From a virus: DNA of 64,000 bases. The first letter of the stretch is position 1; each line of letters opens with the position of its first letter. The position numbers were made by a program, and so were the translations under genes. Below are positions 54,629 to 64,000 of this stretch, piece after piece. The notes beneath the pieces are model-generated. The model was given only the letters and a program-made list of their open reading frames with translations. It did not search any database and had not been told where the DNA came from. The DNA is taken from IMG/VR virus record IMGVR_UViG_3300035053_000267, positions 32,001 to 96,000 of that record. One strand, given 5' to 3'.

Positions 54629-55533
54629 TATGTTTCCTCTCTTATATAAAACACTTTTCCACTATTCCAAGCTGCGTACTCACAAATAAGACAAGGAGAC
54701 TCCGGTGAGTTCTCGTTACACGGGTTTACTTTGTGACATAAAGTGCATTCTTTATGGATATAGCAGTATGTATGTGTAGCGTTAGGGCATTTATCTAATG
54801 ACGCTGCACACATGTAACAAGGTAGAGCCGTCTTACCATAGGGGCAATTACGTTTATCAATGTTCCTGGATCTTTTAAGTTTTAAATTCCTGTTATTCAG
54901 TGTTTTGTGACTTCTGAATCGATGCACTTTTGTTTTTTCGTCACTGTCTAGAGTGAGATCCAATAGAGTCTGCATGCCGAAAAACTCTCTATAATGTGGA
55001 GTATCGTTGCTGTATCTGCCCCTTAATTTCAGTTCTTTAGCCATAAAAAGCAGCATTTTCTCAGGAAAAAATGACTGTATTATTTCTCCTGCCGGCGCCC
55101 CAGACAGTATTTCAAAATAAAAAACAACTCCAGGTATGCTTTTATATGCTGATATTTTTGGTTGTGCACCTATTATTTTTGAAATTACCAGTTCATTCTC
55201 AGGTATACCTGTATAGAGCGGTACGAATATTCCTTCCTGTATTTTCTCGTAATTTCCGGCCAGTCTTTTGCTGATATAGTCTGGACCATGCCCGGAATAA
55301 AAATGCATTGATATTGTCTTTTTTATGACATTTTTAACTGTTTTTTGATTGTTGTTTGATTTTAAATCTATGTTTACGCTGAATTTATTGTGATCTATTA
55401 TACAGGAGTAAACCATATTTACAGCGTCTTGTCCGTTTATAAGCGCTTTATATATTTTTTTTTGTTTTTTTAGTACAGATCGGACGTATGCAGAAGGTAT
55501 GGACCTCCTGTCTTTATGTTCTTGGTCTCTCAT
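54628..55533 (-). CDS. Hypothetical protein with Cys-rich C-terminus
   Basis: 301 aa, multiple CxxC. Confidence 0.6.
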   Translation of the reverse strand: MRDQEHKDRRSIPSAYVRSVLKKQKKIYKALINGQDAVNMVYSCIIDHNKFSVNIDLKSNNNQKTVKNVIKKTISMHFYSGHGPDYISKRLAGNYEKIQEGIFVPLYTGIPENELVISKIIGAQPKISAYKSIPGVVFYFEILSGAPAGEIIQSFFPEKMLLFMAKELKLRGRYSNDTPHYREFFGMQTLLDLTLDSDEKTKVHRFRSHKTLNNRNLKLKRSRNIDKRNCPYGKTALPCYMCAASLDKCPNATHTYCYIHKECTLCHKVNPCNENSPESPCLICEYAAWNSGKVFYIREET

Positions 55534-55547
55534 TTGCTCCCCTAAAA

Positions 55548-55823
55548 CTAGTCTATTTCGCGGATAATAAACTTTTTCAAAGTTCCGTTGTCATCAAACA
55601 GCGGCACTATATTCCGTGGCTCGTTGAACATTGAGTTCATCAGCTCTACAGGCCCCATAAGCGGTACGTGGTAGTTGTTTTTATTGCTGGATGTTCTGTA
55701 TTTGGGATTCTTTTTAGCATGATAGCACGCTGCTATTTTTGAATTAATTAGTTTGTGTGTGAGATCTGGATCAAATTTAAGTAACTGATTAAGAAAATTA
55801 GCAGCGTCTGTAAGTGCTATCAT
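55548..55823 (-). CDS. Hypothetical protein
   Basis: Operon packing. Confidence 0.5.
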   Translation of the reverse strand: MIALTDAANFLNQLLKFDPDLTHKLINSKIAACYHAKKNPKYRTSSNKNNYHVPLMGPVELMNSMFNEPRNIVPLFDDNGTLKKFIIREID

Positions 55824-55837
55824 GCTGAAACCTGTGG

Positions 55838-56464
55838 TTATATGATGCCTTTGAAAGGATCAACGGGTGGCTGGTTTATTTGAAAGTCACTGAACGCCTC
55901 TGACGGAGTGTCCACTGGAGTTGGCGTAATATGGTCATCTTCTTTTTTTACTGTACGTTTTTTTGTTGAGGCTTTTTTACGCGAAGATGTTTTTTTAGTG
56001 GCCTTTTTTCTAGTGGCTTTTTTCTTTGTAGACTTTTTCTTGGTTGTTTTTTTCACGGATGCGGATTTTTTACGTGATTTTTTACCTGGGTCAATAGAAG
56101 GCTCAGTGTCCGGCTGTACTTTTTCTGCACTGGATTCCCGGGGACTCTCAGATACTTCATTCTCATGGACCTCAGCTGATCCATCGACAGCAGAAGTCGG
56201 ATCTGGTTCCTCTTTTTTAATCTCCGGAACAGCAGGAGTAGGAGCTGGTTTCTCTTTTTTAATCTTCGGTTGAGTCTCCTTCACGCTCGGACTACTATGA
56301 GACTTCCGTAGCTTTTTACCTATGGCCATTACTGAATGTTCGGATATTCTCCTGTGCCTAAATGGAATAAGCTTTATCGTTGCTTCTCCCCTGGATTTAG
56401 ACACCGTTTTTCCCCTTTTCAGGGTGTTGATATCCATTTTAGTCAGTGTTACTTCTACTTCCAT
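55838..56464 (-). CDS. Histone H1-like Lys-rich protein
   Basis: KKTTKKKSTKKKATRKK repeats. Confidence 0.6.
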   Translation of the reverse strand: MEVEVTLTKMDINTLKRGKTVSKSRGEATIKLIPFRHRRISEHSVMAIGKKLRKSHSSPSVKETQPKIKKEKPAPTPAVPEIKKEEPDPTSAVDGSAEVHENEVSESPRESSAEKVQPDTEPSIDPGKKSRKKSASVKKTTKKKSTKKKATRKKATKKTSSRKKASTKKRTVKKEDDHITPTPVDTPSEAFSDFQINQPPVDPFKGII

Positions 56465-56817
56465 ATCGTACTGTTCCTTTCAAGTATTGCTGATATACCC
56501 AGTCCGAATACCCATACTCCTACTAAATTCAGTATGGACGGATAGCATACTATTGTGCACATTATAAGTGATGCCCAGGCATATGTACAGAGAGAACAGC
56601 TTAAAAGTTCACCAAAAAACTCGGATTTAAGATGGATAAATTCAACCAAATCCTCGTGTGTTTTTATGTTTTTTCTATCAGCCCACCCATGGAATATGTT
56701 GGCATAGTGCACTAGCGTATTGTGTGTTTTGATAGAGTTTATAATAGACATAAACGTAATGGACACCAGTCCGCCAGCGACCATCCAGTTTAAAAATTGA
56801 ATTGTTATGTCATTCAT
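56455..56817 (-). CDS. Membrane protein with CxxC
   Basis: TM helices, ELLSCSLC..AW. Confidence 0.55.
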   Translation of the reverse strand: MNDITIQFLNWMVAGGLVSITFMSIINSIKTHNTLVHYANIFHGWADRKNIKTHEDLVEFIHLKSEFFGELLSCSLCTYAWASLIMCTIVCYPSILNLVGVWVFGLGISAILERNSTIWK

Positions 56818-57416
56818 TTGTATGCCAGTATCTTATCTATTTGTTCATCCAGTTCTTGTAGATTCGCATTTCTTTTAACAAAAACAGAGTCAATAAAGTT
56901 CTTTCTCTTCCCATTAGACTCTTTCTTTGTAAAATACTGAATAGTGTATTTGCAGTCCGTAATCTCACCTACACAGTACGCCCCGTCTATTTCGGGTATT
57001 GATGTTCCGTCTGTTACAAAATTCATACAACGAGACCCTGATGGCTCTTTGTCCAGATCTACATTAATAACACGGAAACTTGCGGGCTCTTCATCTTTTA
57101 ATTTTTTGAGCCTGTTTATAGATACGTTATGTTTTCTTAGAACTCGTTTTACCGGATCCTTTTCTTCTTCCGGGGTTATCAATCTATGTCCGTAGCTGGG
57201 TCCTAGTTTATATGTATATCCTGGTTTTAACTGTACTGTATACAGATAATCATTATCTTTACTGAATTTACATATATGCAGACCACATGATGGCGTGTTT
57301 CTAAGCTGCCATTTACTTCCATCTTCTGAAAAGATAAATTGATCTATTGTTATTTTTTCATTATTTTTAACTCTTACTGAGTCTTCATCTGCCTTGATTT
57401 CAATCCATTGCCTCAT
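56814..57416 (-). CDS. Hypothetical protein
   Basis: Overlap packing. Confidence 0.55.
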   Translation of the reverse strand: MRQWIEIKADEDSVRVKNNEKITIDQFIFSEDGSKWQLRNTPSCGLHICKFSKDNDYLYTVQLKPGYTYKLGPSYGHRLITPEEEKDPVKRVLRKHNVSINRLKKLKDEEPASFRVINVDLDKEPSGSRCMNFVTDGTSIPEIDGAYCVGEITDCKYTIQYFTKKESNGKRKNFIDSVFVKRNANLQELDEQIDKILAYK

Positions 57417-58101
57417 AATTGATCACGAAGCCTGACGTGTCGTATTTGGCTTTTCCTTTCGCTAGTAATCCCACAACAACAGATTTTTCCTCGATAAACC
57501 TTAAATCGTTAATGTCTCCGTCTATGACCTTATACCCGTTCCATGTAATAGTGTTTAGAGGCTTTATAGTGCTGAATACGGCGGCTACATTATGTCCTTT
57601 ACTCAGTACTGCCAGGCAGTCTTCAGTATTGGTTTCCGATTTGCTCAATATAAGTGTGTAATTGGCGGTCTGATCCAGTACCCTTTTCATGCTTTTAGTG
57701 TAGTCATAAAAGGGTATATCGGGGAATCTGGTGTGTATCTGTCCAAATTGTTTTGTTTCCCATGGTAAATCGCTGGTTCCATTAAGGCGTATAGCCAGTT
57801 TCATACCTTTGCGATCTGCCACTTTTTTTAATTGGTTTATGTCTAAAATAAGCTGGTCAATAAAAGATTCTCTATCTCTTATTAGCCATTTAGTTTTTTT
57901 TATGCGTGCATGTTGAATGCTTTGCATTCTTCCGCGCCCGGCTGTGTATAAACATGCCTTTCGGCATCCTGGTGTGGACCAGGGGCAGACGTTGAAATTA
58001 GGGTCTGCCGTAGTATGTGGGGCCAGATACAGAATTCCTGTAATCCAGCCGTGTTTTTCACCTTTTACAGTCTTAGCATTCTTAACGGTTATAAGCCTCA
58101 A
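57400..58101 (-). CDS. GP88-like phage protein (radical-SAM-related fold)
   Basis: CP..TPGC...CL..AGRG, RLNGTSD, FYDYTK, DGD..DLRF, GL.AKG. Confidence 0.8.
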   Translation of the reverse strand: MRLITVKNAKTVKGEKHGWITGILYLAPHTTADPNFNVCPWSTPGCRKACLYTAGRGRMQSIQHARIKKTKWLIRDRESFIDQLILDINQLKKVADRKGMKLAIRLNGTSDLPWETKQFGQIHTRFPDIPFYDYTKSMKRVLDQTANYTLILSKSETNTEDCLAVLSKGHNVAAVFSTIKPLNTITWNGYKVIDGDINDLRFIEEKSVVVGLLAKGKAKYDTSGFVINYEAMD

Positions 58102-58132
58102 AAGGCTTCTCCGTTATGACATATGGTTTCAT

Positions 58133-58372
58133 TTACATTAAGTCATCTAAAATATCCGCAATAGTGCGAACCATTGCCCCCAAGTCTGTGTCATCTTCTA
58201 TTCTGTCGCTATTAAACGCCTCTAAAGGTATGTTATCCATACCTTCTTCTTTAAGCCGTATGTATATTTCCATCATTGTTTGTTCCAGTGTCATAAATGG
58301 TGCCTTATCTATTTTTGTTATAAATGATGAAATACTGCTGGCCTCGCTTAATTGTTCTGTTTCCTTTTTCAT
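58133..58372 (-). CDS. Hypothetical protein
   Basis: Operon packing. Confidence 0.45.
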   Translation of the reverse strand: MKKETEQLSEASSISSFITKIDKAPFMTLEQTMMEIYIRLKEEGMDNIPLEAFNSDRIEDDTDLGAMVRTIADILDDLM

Positions 58373-58375
58373 ATA

Positions 58376-59149
58376 TCAGGCCGGTTTTAATACTTCTTCT
58401 ACTTTCTTGAATGAGGCTGTACAGTTCTTTACTGTAGCTGCCCACATTTTGTTAAAGCTCTCAACAGTGGACACGGCTTCGTCGAACGCCACAAATGCGA
58501 GTTTCATATCTTCAGGAGAGTCTCCGTCACATATTATTTTTATCTGATCGGCGTATCCTTTAAGTTTATGCTCCATATTGCACACCATTTCCGGTGTATT
58601 CTTTACAAGTTTTAAAGGACTGACTCTGGCTCCCCCTCGCTTTTCTTTTCTCTCTTTTGGTTTGGCTTCGGCTATTTTGCTTTCAACCTCTTCATCTGAC
58701 ACTCCCCCGTCAGCGATATCTTTAATCAGTTTGTCTCGTTTATCCTGCGGTATATCCTTCGGAGCTATGGATAATAGCCTGCTGACGGTTATTCCTGCGT
58801 TCTGTGCCTGTATAATGTTATCATCAGTAAATCTTGTAGCGAACACTAGACAGCTTCTTAAAGCATTAACCGGTAAAAAGTCTATTTTTCCGTTTGTTGC
58901 TTTCTGAATGTCTTCAGCAACCTCGCGTAAAGACAGCTCATTCTTCTCTTTGTAGGTTTTTAAGACTTTGCCAATGTCATAATACATTCCAACAAGAGTT
59001 CCGGAGCCTCTCTGACCCAGAAGGCAGATTGTTTTAATAGCATTATTGTATGCTTTATTCTCGCTTATATCCTGTACGCTAATAGGTTGAATGCTGCGAG
59101 TAAGCATGTGCTCAAGAGCTTCACTTCGTTTTTGTTTAGATGTCGCCAT
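58376..59149 (-). CDS. Hypothetical helical protein
   Basis: 257 aa. Confidence 0.6.
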   Translation of the reverse strand: MATSKQKRSEALEHMLTRSIQPISVQDISENKAYNNAIKTICLLGQRGSGTLVGMYYDIGKVLKTYKEKNELSLREVAEDIQKATNGKIDFLPVNALRSCLVFATRFTDDNIIQAQNAGITVSRLLSIAPKDIPQDKRDKLIKDIADGGVSDEEVESKIAEAKPKERKEKRGGARVSPLKLVKNTPEMVCNMEHKLKGYADQIKIICDGDSPEDMKLAFVAFDEAVSTVESFNKMWAATVKNCTASFKKVEEVLKPA

Positions 59150-59621
59150 AGAAATTTGTCTCCAGTGATTCCAGGTATGTTTGGAAAAATACAGTAAACT
59201 GCTCAGTAAACTGTTTAAATGACTGTACCCATGCTTCTGTTTTTGGAAGCCATACGTGCCAGTTGCCTGTATTCAGAAACTCGTCTGGCAATGTATGTAC
59301 TACTAAACTATCCGCATAGAAAGCTGAACCAAAGCCTTTAAATATCAGACAGTGACTGGCTACTGTAGAGTAATTACTTTGAATTTCGCTGAATTTATTG
59401 AATATTGTATTAGACTTATTGTCAGTCTTTATTAGCCCGCCTATGCCATATGTTGCTTTTATTTTAAAAGCGTCAATACCGCAATTAATAGCTTCTGACA
59501 GGTCGTTAAGCGTGTACTCATTTTTATCAATGAACACTCTTAGAGCGGATTTATTTCTAAATCCTGGCTTTAATAAAGCTTTTAACACATCTTCACGATA
59601 TTTATTATTCTGAGTTGTCAT
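59136..59621 (-). CDS. Hypothetical protein
   Basis: Overlap packing. Confidence 0.55.
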   Translation of the reverse strand: MTTQNNKYREDVLKALLKPGFRNKSALRVFIDKNEYTLNDLSEAINCGIDAFKIKATYGIGGLIKTDNKSNTIFNKFSEIQSNYSTVASHCLIFKGFGSAFYADSLVVHTLPDEFLNTGNWHVWLPKTEAWVQSFKQFTEQFTVFFQTYLESLETNFYGDI

Positions 59622-60810
59622 AATCGGGGCAAGTATGCTTTTCTATATGAAGTAATTCTTGAAATTTAGTCATTAACTGTTCGTTTGTCTCTATATAGTT
59701 CCCAAATTCAGAAGCCGGCAGTGCATCGCTTTCTGCAATTTCCAATTCTTTACACCAGCAGACAACTCCAACGCCATGCTTTCTTTTACTTTCTATATTA
59801 AAATCAGATTTAATATCTCTAGCATTATTCAGCAAAACCATTGCAGTAGTTGACTCCCAGTCCCACCAGGAAACCTGTTCAATGGTGTCTGTATCCTCAT
59901 TTTTAATAAACTTCCATAAAAAGGGAACAACTATTTCTCTGTTATCCGGCCCCATTGAAGATTTTCTTATTTTAATCTTAATGTTTCTTCCTTCCATTTT
60001 GGCCGTTTTTATGTCAGTAACAGGAGATTTAGTATACGCTGTAACCCCGCCTCGAAGAAACCGTAAATCTATGGTAGCATAAAAATCAGGAGCTTTACCG
60101 CCGGATCTGGACTGGCCTCGACCCTGAAGTGAAGGCTTTTCATGATGCACGGCATGAAGTGTTACATTCCATCCTAACATCTTACTGGTCAGAGCTTTAA
60201 GATAGTTCGATATGAGGATAGGGGCATCAGAATATCCTCGACCCTGGGCTTGTCCGTCCGAGTCTACAGTTTCAAGAGCTTCTTCAGATGGAACGCCCAT
60301 TAAAGAGTCCACTGTCCATAAAACAGGAAAAGGTATCTCACCGTTAGGAAAGTGCTTCTCAATAAGTTTTAACTGGTCTGTCAGCATTTTTTGCCATTCG
60401 TTAATACTCCTGGCTTTAGTGTACTGAAAATTCGAGCTTCTTGGGTTGTCTTCATCGAAATACTTCGGAGTAATTATAGACCGCATAAGCGACGGCGATG
60501 TTTTATTCTCCGTATCTACATGAAAACAAAACCCCCCTGCGTCCAAATACCACTTTATTAGCTGAAACATAAAAGAAGATTTTTGTGTTCCAAAGTCGCC
60601 ACCCGATTGAGTGTACCTCTGCAGGGGCCATCCATTAGAGTTTATAAGCCACTGTAAAGACAAGTGCTTAATCGGGATAACATTTACGTATTTGTTATGT
60701 TTAGCTGCTATATAGCAGTTATGTTTTCCTACTCTTTTTTCTGCTGCCGCCAAAGCTTCAGCAAAAAATCCAGCAGTTTCAGTTTTACTCTCTGCTTTTT
60801 TTCTAGGCAT
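59605..60810 (-). CDS. RecA/UvsX-like recombinase
   Basis: GDFGTQKS Walker A variant, VDTENK, VDSL, SGGKAPDFYA. Confidence 0.8.
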   Translation of the reverse strand: MPRKKAESKTETAGFFAEALAAAEKRVGKHNCYIAAKHNKYVNVIPIKHLSLQWLINSNGWPLQRYTQSGGDFGTQKSSFMFQLIKWYLDAGGFCFHVDTENKTSPSLMRSIITPKYFDEDNPRSSNFQYTKARSINEWQKMLTDQLKLIEKHFPNGEIPFPVLWTVDSLMGVPSEEALETVDSDGQAQGRGYSDAPILISNYLKALTSKMLGWNVTLHAVHHEKPSLQGRGQSRSGGKAPDFYATIDLRFLRGGVTAYTKSPVTDIKTAKMEGRNIKIKIRKSSMGPDNREIVVPFLWKFIKNEDTDTIEQVSWWDWESTTAMVLLNNARDIKSDFNIESKRKHGVGVVCWCKELEIAESDALPASEFGNYIETNEQLMTKFQELLHIEKHTCPDYDNSE

Positions 60811-60857
60811 AGATATAAATGCGCGGCAGTGTTTCTGCCGCGCACCTTATATTCTTA

Positions 60858-62153
60858 TTAGCTCTTTTTCTTTTTATTCGCTGCTTCTTTTTTGAGTTTC
60901 TCAAGCTGAGCCAGAGCCTGTTTCATAGCTTCATCCGAATTATAATCGTCATCCGTGTTATCAGGTGTGTCTTTAGACTCGCTGCCATCACACGCTTCCG
61001 ATTCTTCACTGGCGTTCTCCCAGTCGGGGCTGCCTGTGTCACCGTCATCGTCGTCTTCTTCCGGGCTCCAGTCTTCTGATTCTTCACTGGTGTTTTGACT
61101 GTCTTTTTTCGGAGCGCCAGAGACGTTGTCGTCATTATTGGGTGGCATAGTTACAGTTTTAGTGTTTTTAAGGACTACGTTGGGAAGCCAGTCTTCATGG
61201 TCTTTAAATATCGCCATAAAGGCATCTTTTCCTATATCCTCGTAACAGCTGTACAGTGCCTCTGTCATTTCAGGCTCTGTAAAGTAGTTTATTACTGAGT
61301 TCCACGGGAACCACACCTGCCTCTTAAAGTCTATTTCTCCGTTCTTATTCCTGGGGAGTTTAGGCGACTTACGCAGTTCGCACTTATAATAAGCCAGCAG
61401 CAAAGAACTGTCACTCCCACCCTCCTGACTGCTGTTCCAGTCGACATTATCATCAGGAGACTTATTAGGATCGCGAGCCCTTGCATTATAAAATACAAAC
61501 ATCTTTCCATGGTCTGGATCCAGAATGTTCCCACATTTAAACATATTGTCAACATCGTCCAAATCACCGTTGAATTCCGGATCTTTTTCGTCCAGAGCCT
61601 TTTCAAGCGATTCTCTGGCGGATTGAGACAGCACAATGAGAGCAGGTACAGCCGGCCTTTTATACTTGTCAGTAGCTCCTATTTTGAACACAATGCCCTG
61701 AATCAGCGCATGAGTGCGTATCCTCTTTAAAGGAGCTCCACGTCCGGGTACTTTCTCAAAAAGACGCTTAAGCTCAGCCCATTTTTCAGTGCTGGCCATC
61801 CTCCGAACTTCACGATAGAAAACATGCGCAGGAGTGGGGTAGATCGTATTATTGATTTTATTGCCGTCTTCATCTACTGTTGCCGCAATAAAAGTAATGG
61901 TCCGTATCGTCCCCCCAATAAAAACATCCTCTGCTGCGATCCAATCGGAGAAGTTTTTGCTGGATGCGTCTATTCTCCATGGCAAAAAATTCTTACGATC
62001 TTTTGTCATTGGCCCGAGTGGACGGATATGGTTTTCCAGCTTTATTTCAGAGTCCCACTTCAGCTTCCATACATTGCCGGGATACGATGCTTTTTTAATA
62101 AGCATACCGTCAAGACCCTGCTGGGCTTTATTTGCTCGATCTCTATACGACAT
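60858..62153 (-). CDS. Putative single-stranded DNA-binding protein
   Basis: Between polymerase and RecA; long acidic C-terminal tail; positional inference. Confidence 0.4.
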   Translation of the reverse strand: MSYRDRANKAQQGLDGMLIKKASYPGNVWKLKWDSEIKLENHIRPLGPMTKDRKNFLPWRIDASSKNFSDWIAAEDVFIGGTIRTITFIAATVDEDGNKINNTIYPTPAHVFYREVRRMASTEKWAELKRLFEKVPGRGAPLKRIRTHALIQGIVFKIGATDKYKRPAVPALIVLSQSARESLEKALDEKDPEFNGDLDDVDNMFKCGNILDPDHGKMFVFYNARARDPNKSPDDNVDWNSSQEGGSDSSLLLAYYKCELRKSPKLPRNKNGEIDFKRQVWFPWNSVINYFTEPEMTEALYSCYEDIGKDAFMAIFKDHEDWLPNVVLKNTKTVTMPPNNDDNVSGAPKKDSQNTSEESEDWSPEEDDDDGDTGSPDWENASEESEACDGSESKDTPDNTDDDYNSDEAMKQALAQLEKLKKEAANKKKKS

Positions 62154-62155
62154 AG

Positions 62156-64000
62156 CTATCCTTCCATAAACTTTTTAATTTGATTTTCCTGGTCCGGTGT
62201 AAGCTCCATCATCCATTCATACATTATGTCTATATCTATGTCCAGTTTTAACCCGTTAGCATTAGGTATCTCTACCATCTTCGACATGCATAAGGGCAGT
62301 ACATGTTCTGTAACCTCTTTTAACTCATTTAGAGGAACGTATAGAAACATAGCATCATGAAAAGGAATAGCAAGCTTAAATTTAAGACGCTTGGTAGTGT
62401 CTCTGTGTCTAATTATGTTTATGAAAGATTTTGTAAGCGCTTCTGCTACAGTGTTTTGTATTGGGAAGTTTACTGCTTCGCGCTTTTGTTTTGCTCTGAT
62501 TCCCCGGTCAGGGGTCATAAAAAAATACCTTCTACGTCCGAATGGCGCCTCTACAAACCCTGGATTGAATACTCTTTTACGCTGTGTCTCCATCCATTCC
62601 ATAGCGTCAGGAAACTCTTCATTGATAGTTGCCACCAATTTCTTTACATCATTCAGTTCCAGTTCAATTCCGAAGGACATTAATTGCCGCTGCAAAGCTT
62701 CAGCACCGCCGCCGTACGTTATTCTGAAGTTTGCTATTTTTGCTGCCATTCTAAAAGACTTATACATTTTTTTAACTTCTTTAATTGCGCAATCGAGAGT
62801 AAAGGCTTTTATAGCCATCTCTGAATGCATATCTCTGCCTGGATCGGTAGTGGCCGCCATCATATTGGCGTCGCCAGAGATATATGCCAAACTCTTAAGT
62901 TCAGCCTGTTTGTAATCAGCCTCCACAATAACCCATCCATCAGGAGCGTGTACTGCACTCCTAATAGGATAATAATCTGGGTGTAGAAGTCGCCTTTTTT
63001 TCAGCTCCTCTATACTTAAAGCCTCCCAGTTATCGGTTTGCTTGAGGCGACTAATATCCGGACAGAATATCTGTATCAGCTCTACTTCCTGTTTTTTAGG
63101 CCAATTATTTACATTCGGATTGGACGATTTAAACCGACCGGTGTCTGTAGTGGGAATAAAAGTACTTCTAATGCGGCCATCTGGATCAACACAACCTATA
63201 ATGCCTTCGTCGTATATCAGCTTTGTTTCCCCGTCGACACACACTTCTTTAGGCTCTCTGAGAAAGTTTTTTCTGATCTGATCGGCTATTTTAAGCTGTT
63301 TCAATAAAAGTACTTCCGGGTGTTCATTACTGATAATGGAAACCGTTTCCATGTCTGTAGCAGGGCTTACTTTATTACGTTGTATCTCGTCTTTAGGAAC
63401 AGAATCCCAGTTTCTTGGAGGTTTTTCTGTAGTCTTTATGGGCTTTAAATACAAAGTATCAGCTTCATCGGGCCTTATCCTGCCTTTTGCTTCCTGCACT
63501 CCGAATAAATACTCCCGCACCTGATCGACTGACCTGAAATTGAAATTGGGCCAGTTGATACTGTTCTCAAACTCAGACTTCATTTCTTGTATTCTAGTCA
63601 TGAACAGGTGCGTCAGTTTTTTAAGACGATCTACATTAATCGGGAGTCCGGTTTCTTCCATTTCTTCTACGGCGGCACTACTGGGTTCTAATATATTTAT
63701 GTACAGATCATACAAAGAAGTATACTCAATCCCGTCCAATGTATATGGTTTTTCCAACAGTTTAGATTTTAACCCCTCTGTAATGGCGGGCTCCGATTTA
63801 GCTACTACAGCAGCGTCTTTAAGAGCATAAGGTATTAAAATTTCATCCGGAATAAAAGCATATCCAGTTTTGTTGACATTAATTGATTCGGACTTAATGT
63901 ACATATTTAATGGAAGGTCGTACCTTCCATATGTTGTGTACTCTAAAGCAACTGATTCGTTTAATCTGAACGAGTCAGCATATGGCTTCAGTAAATGATA
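62156..64000 (-). CDS. polA: DNA polymerase family A (5' part off window)
   Basis: TGRFKSSNPN, ADYKQAE, R.AAK..NF..YG, NFPIQ, FHDA; frame open to position 64000. Confidence 0.93.
   Translation of the reverse strand, partial: YHLLKPYADSFRLNESVALEYTTYGRYDLPLNMYIKSESINVNKTGYAFIPDEILIPYALKDAAVVAKSEPAITEGLKSKLLEKPYTLDGIEYTSLYDLYINILEPSSAAVEEMEETGLPINVDRLKKLTHLFMTRIQEMKSEFENSINWPNFNFRSVDQVREYLFGVQEAKGRIRPDEADTLYLKPIKTTEKPPRNWDSVPKDEIQRNKVSPATDMETVSIISNEHPEVLLLKQLKIADQIRKNFLREPKEVCVDGETKLIYDEGIIGCVDPDGRIRSTFIPTTDTGRFKSSNPNVNNWPKKQEVELIQIFCPDISRLKQTDNWEALSIEELKKRRLLHPDYYPIRSAVHAPDGWVIVEADYKQAELKSLAYISGDANMMAATTDPGRDMHSEMAIKAFTLDCAIKEVKKMYKSFRMAAKIANFRITYGGGAEALQRQLMSFGIELELNDVKKLVATINEEFPDAMEWMETQRKRVFNPGFVEAPFGRRRYFFMTPDRGIRAKQKREAVNFPIQNTVAEALTKSFINIIRHRDTTKRLKFKLAIPFHDAMFLYVPLNELKEVTEHVLPLCMSKMVEIPNANGLKLDIDIDIMYEWMMELTPDQENQIKKFMEG

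Overview
The window reads as a segment of a large (jumbo-type) bacteriophage genome, with almost all genes on the minus strand. Right to left: a replication/nucleotide module (family A DNA polymerase running off the right edge, putative SSB, RecA-like recombinase, GP88-like protein, dUTPase, class II ribonucleotide reductase, DEDDh exonuclease, RecU-like resolvase); an AT-rich intergenic region; a ubiquitin-like conjugation locus (E2-like, JAB, E1/ThiF, tandem Ubl, second E2-like); an IS607 element; a putative portal/virion module with recurring K-x-A motifs and a two-gene multisubunit RNA polymerase (beta fused to N-terminal beta-prime, C-terminal beta-prime separate); an orphan intein-like ORF, a solo TnpB element, a LAGLIDADG nuclease, MYG1, two tRNAs, a LigD-PE/ligase fusion and a lytic transglycosylase. 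The leftmost ~5.5 kb is visibly GC-richer and is an array of about 20 integron attC-like sites with no integrase in the window. Its cassette ORFs are all antisense to the attC top strand, overlap the attC arms, often start and stop in the attC loops, and cross the R' core in one fixed reading frame. The attC array and the Ubl system are the main candidates for undescribed biology. All calls are by eye from motifs; no searches were run.
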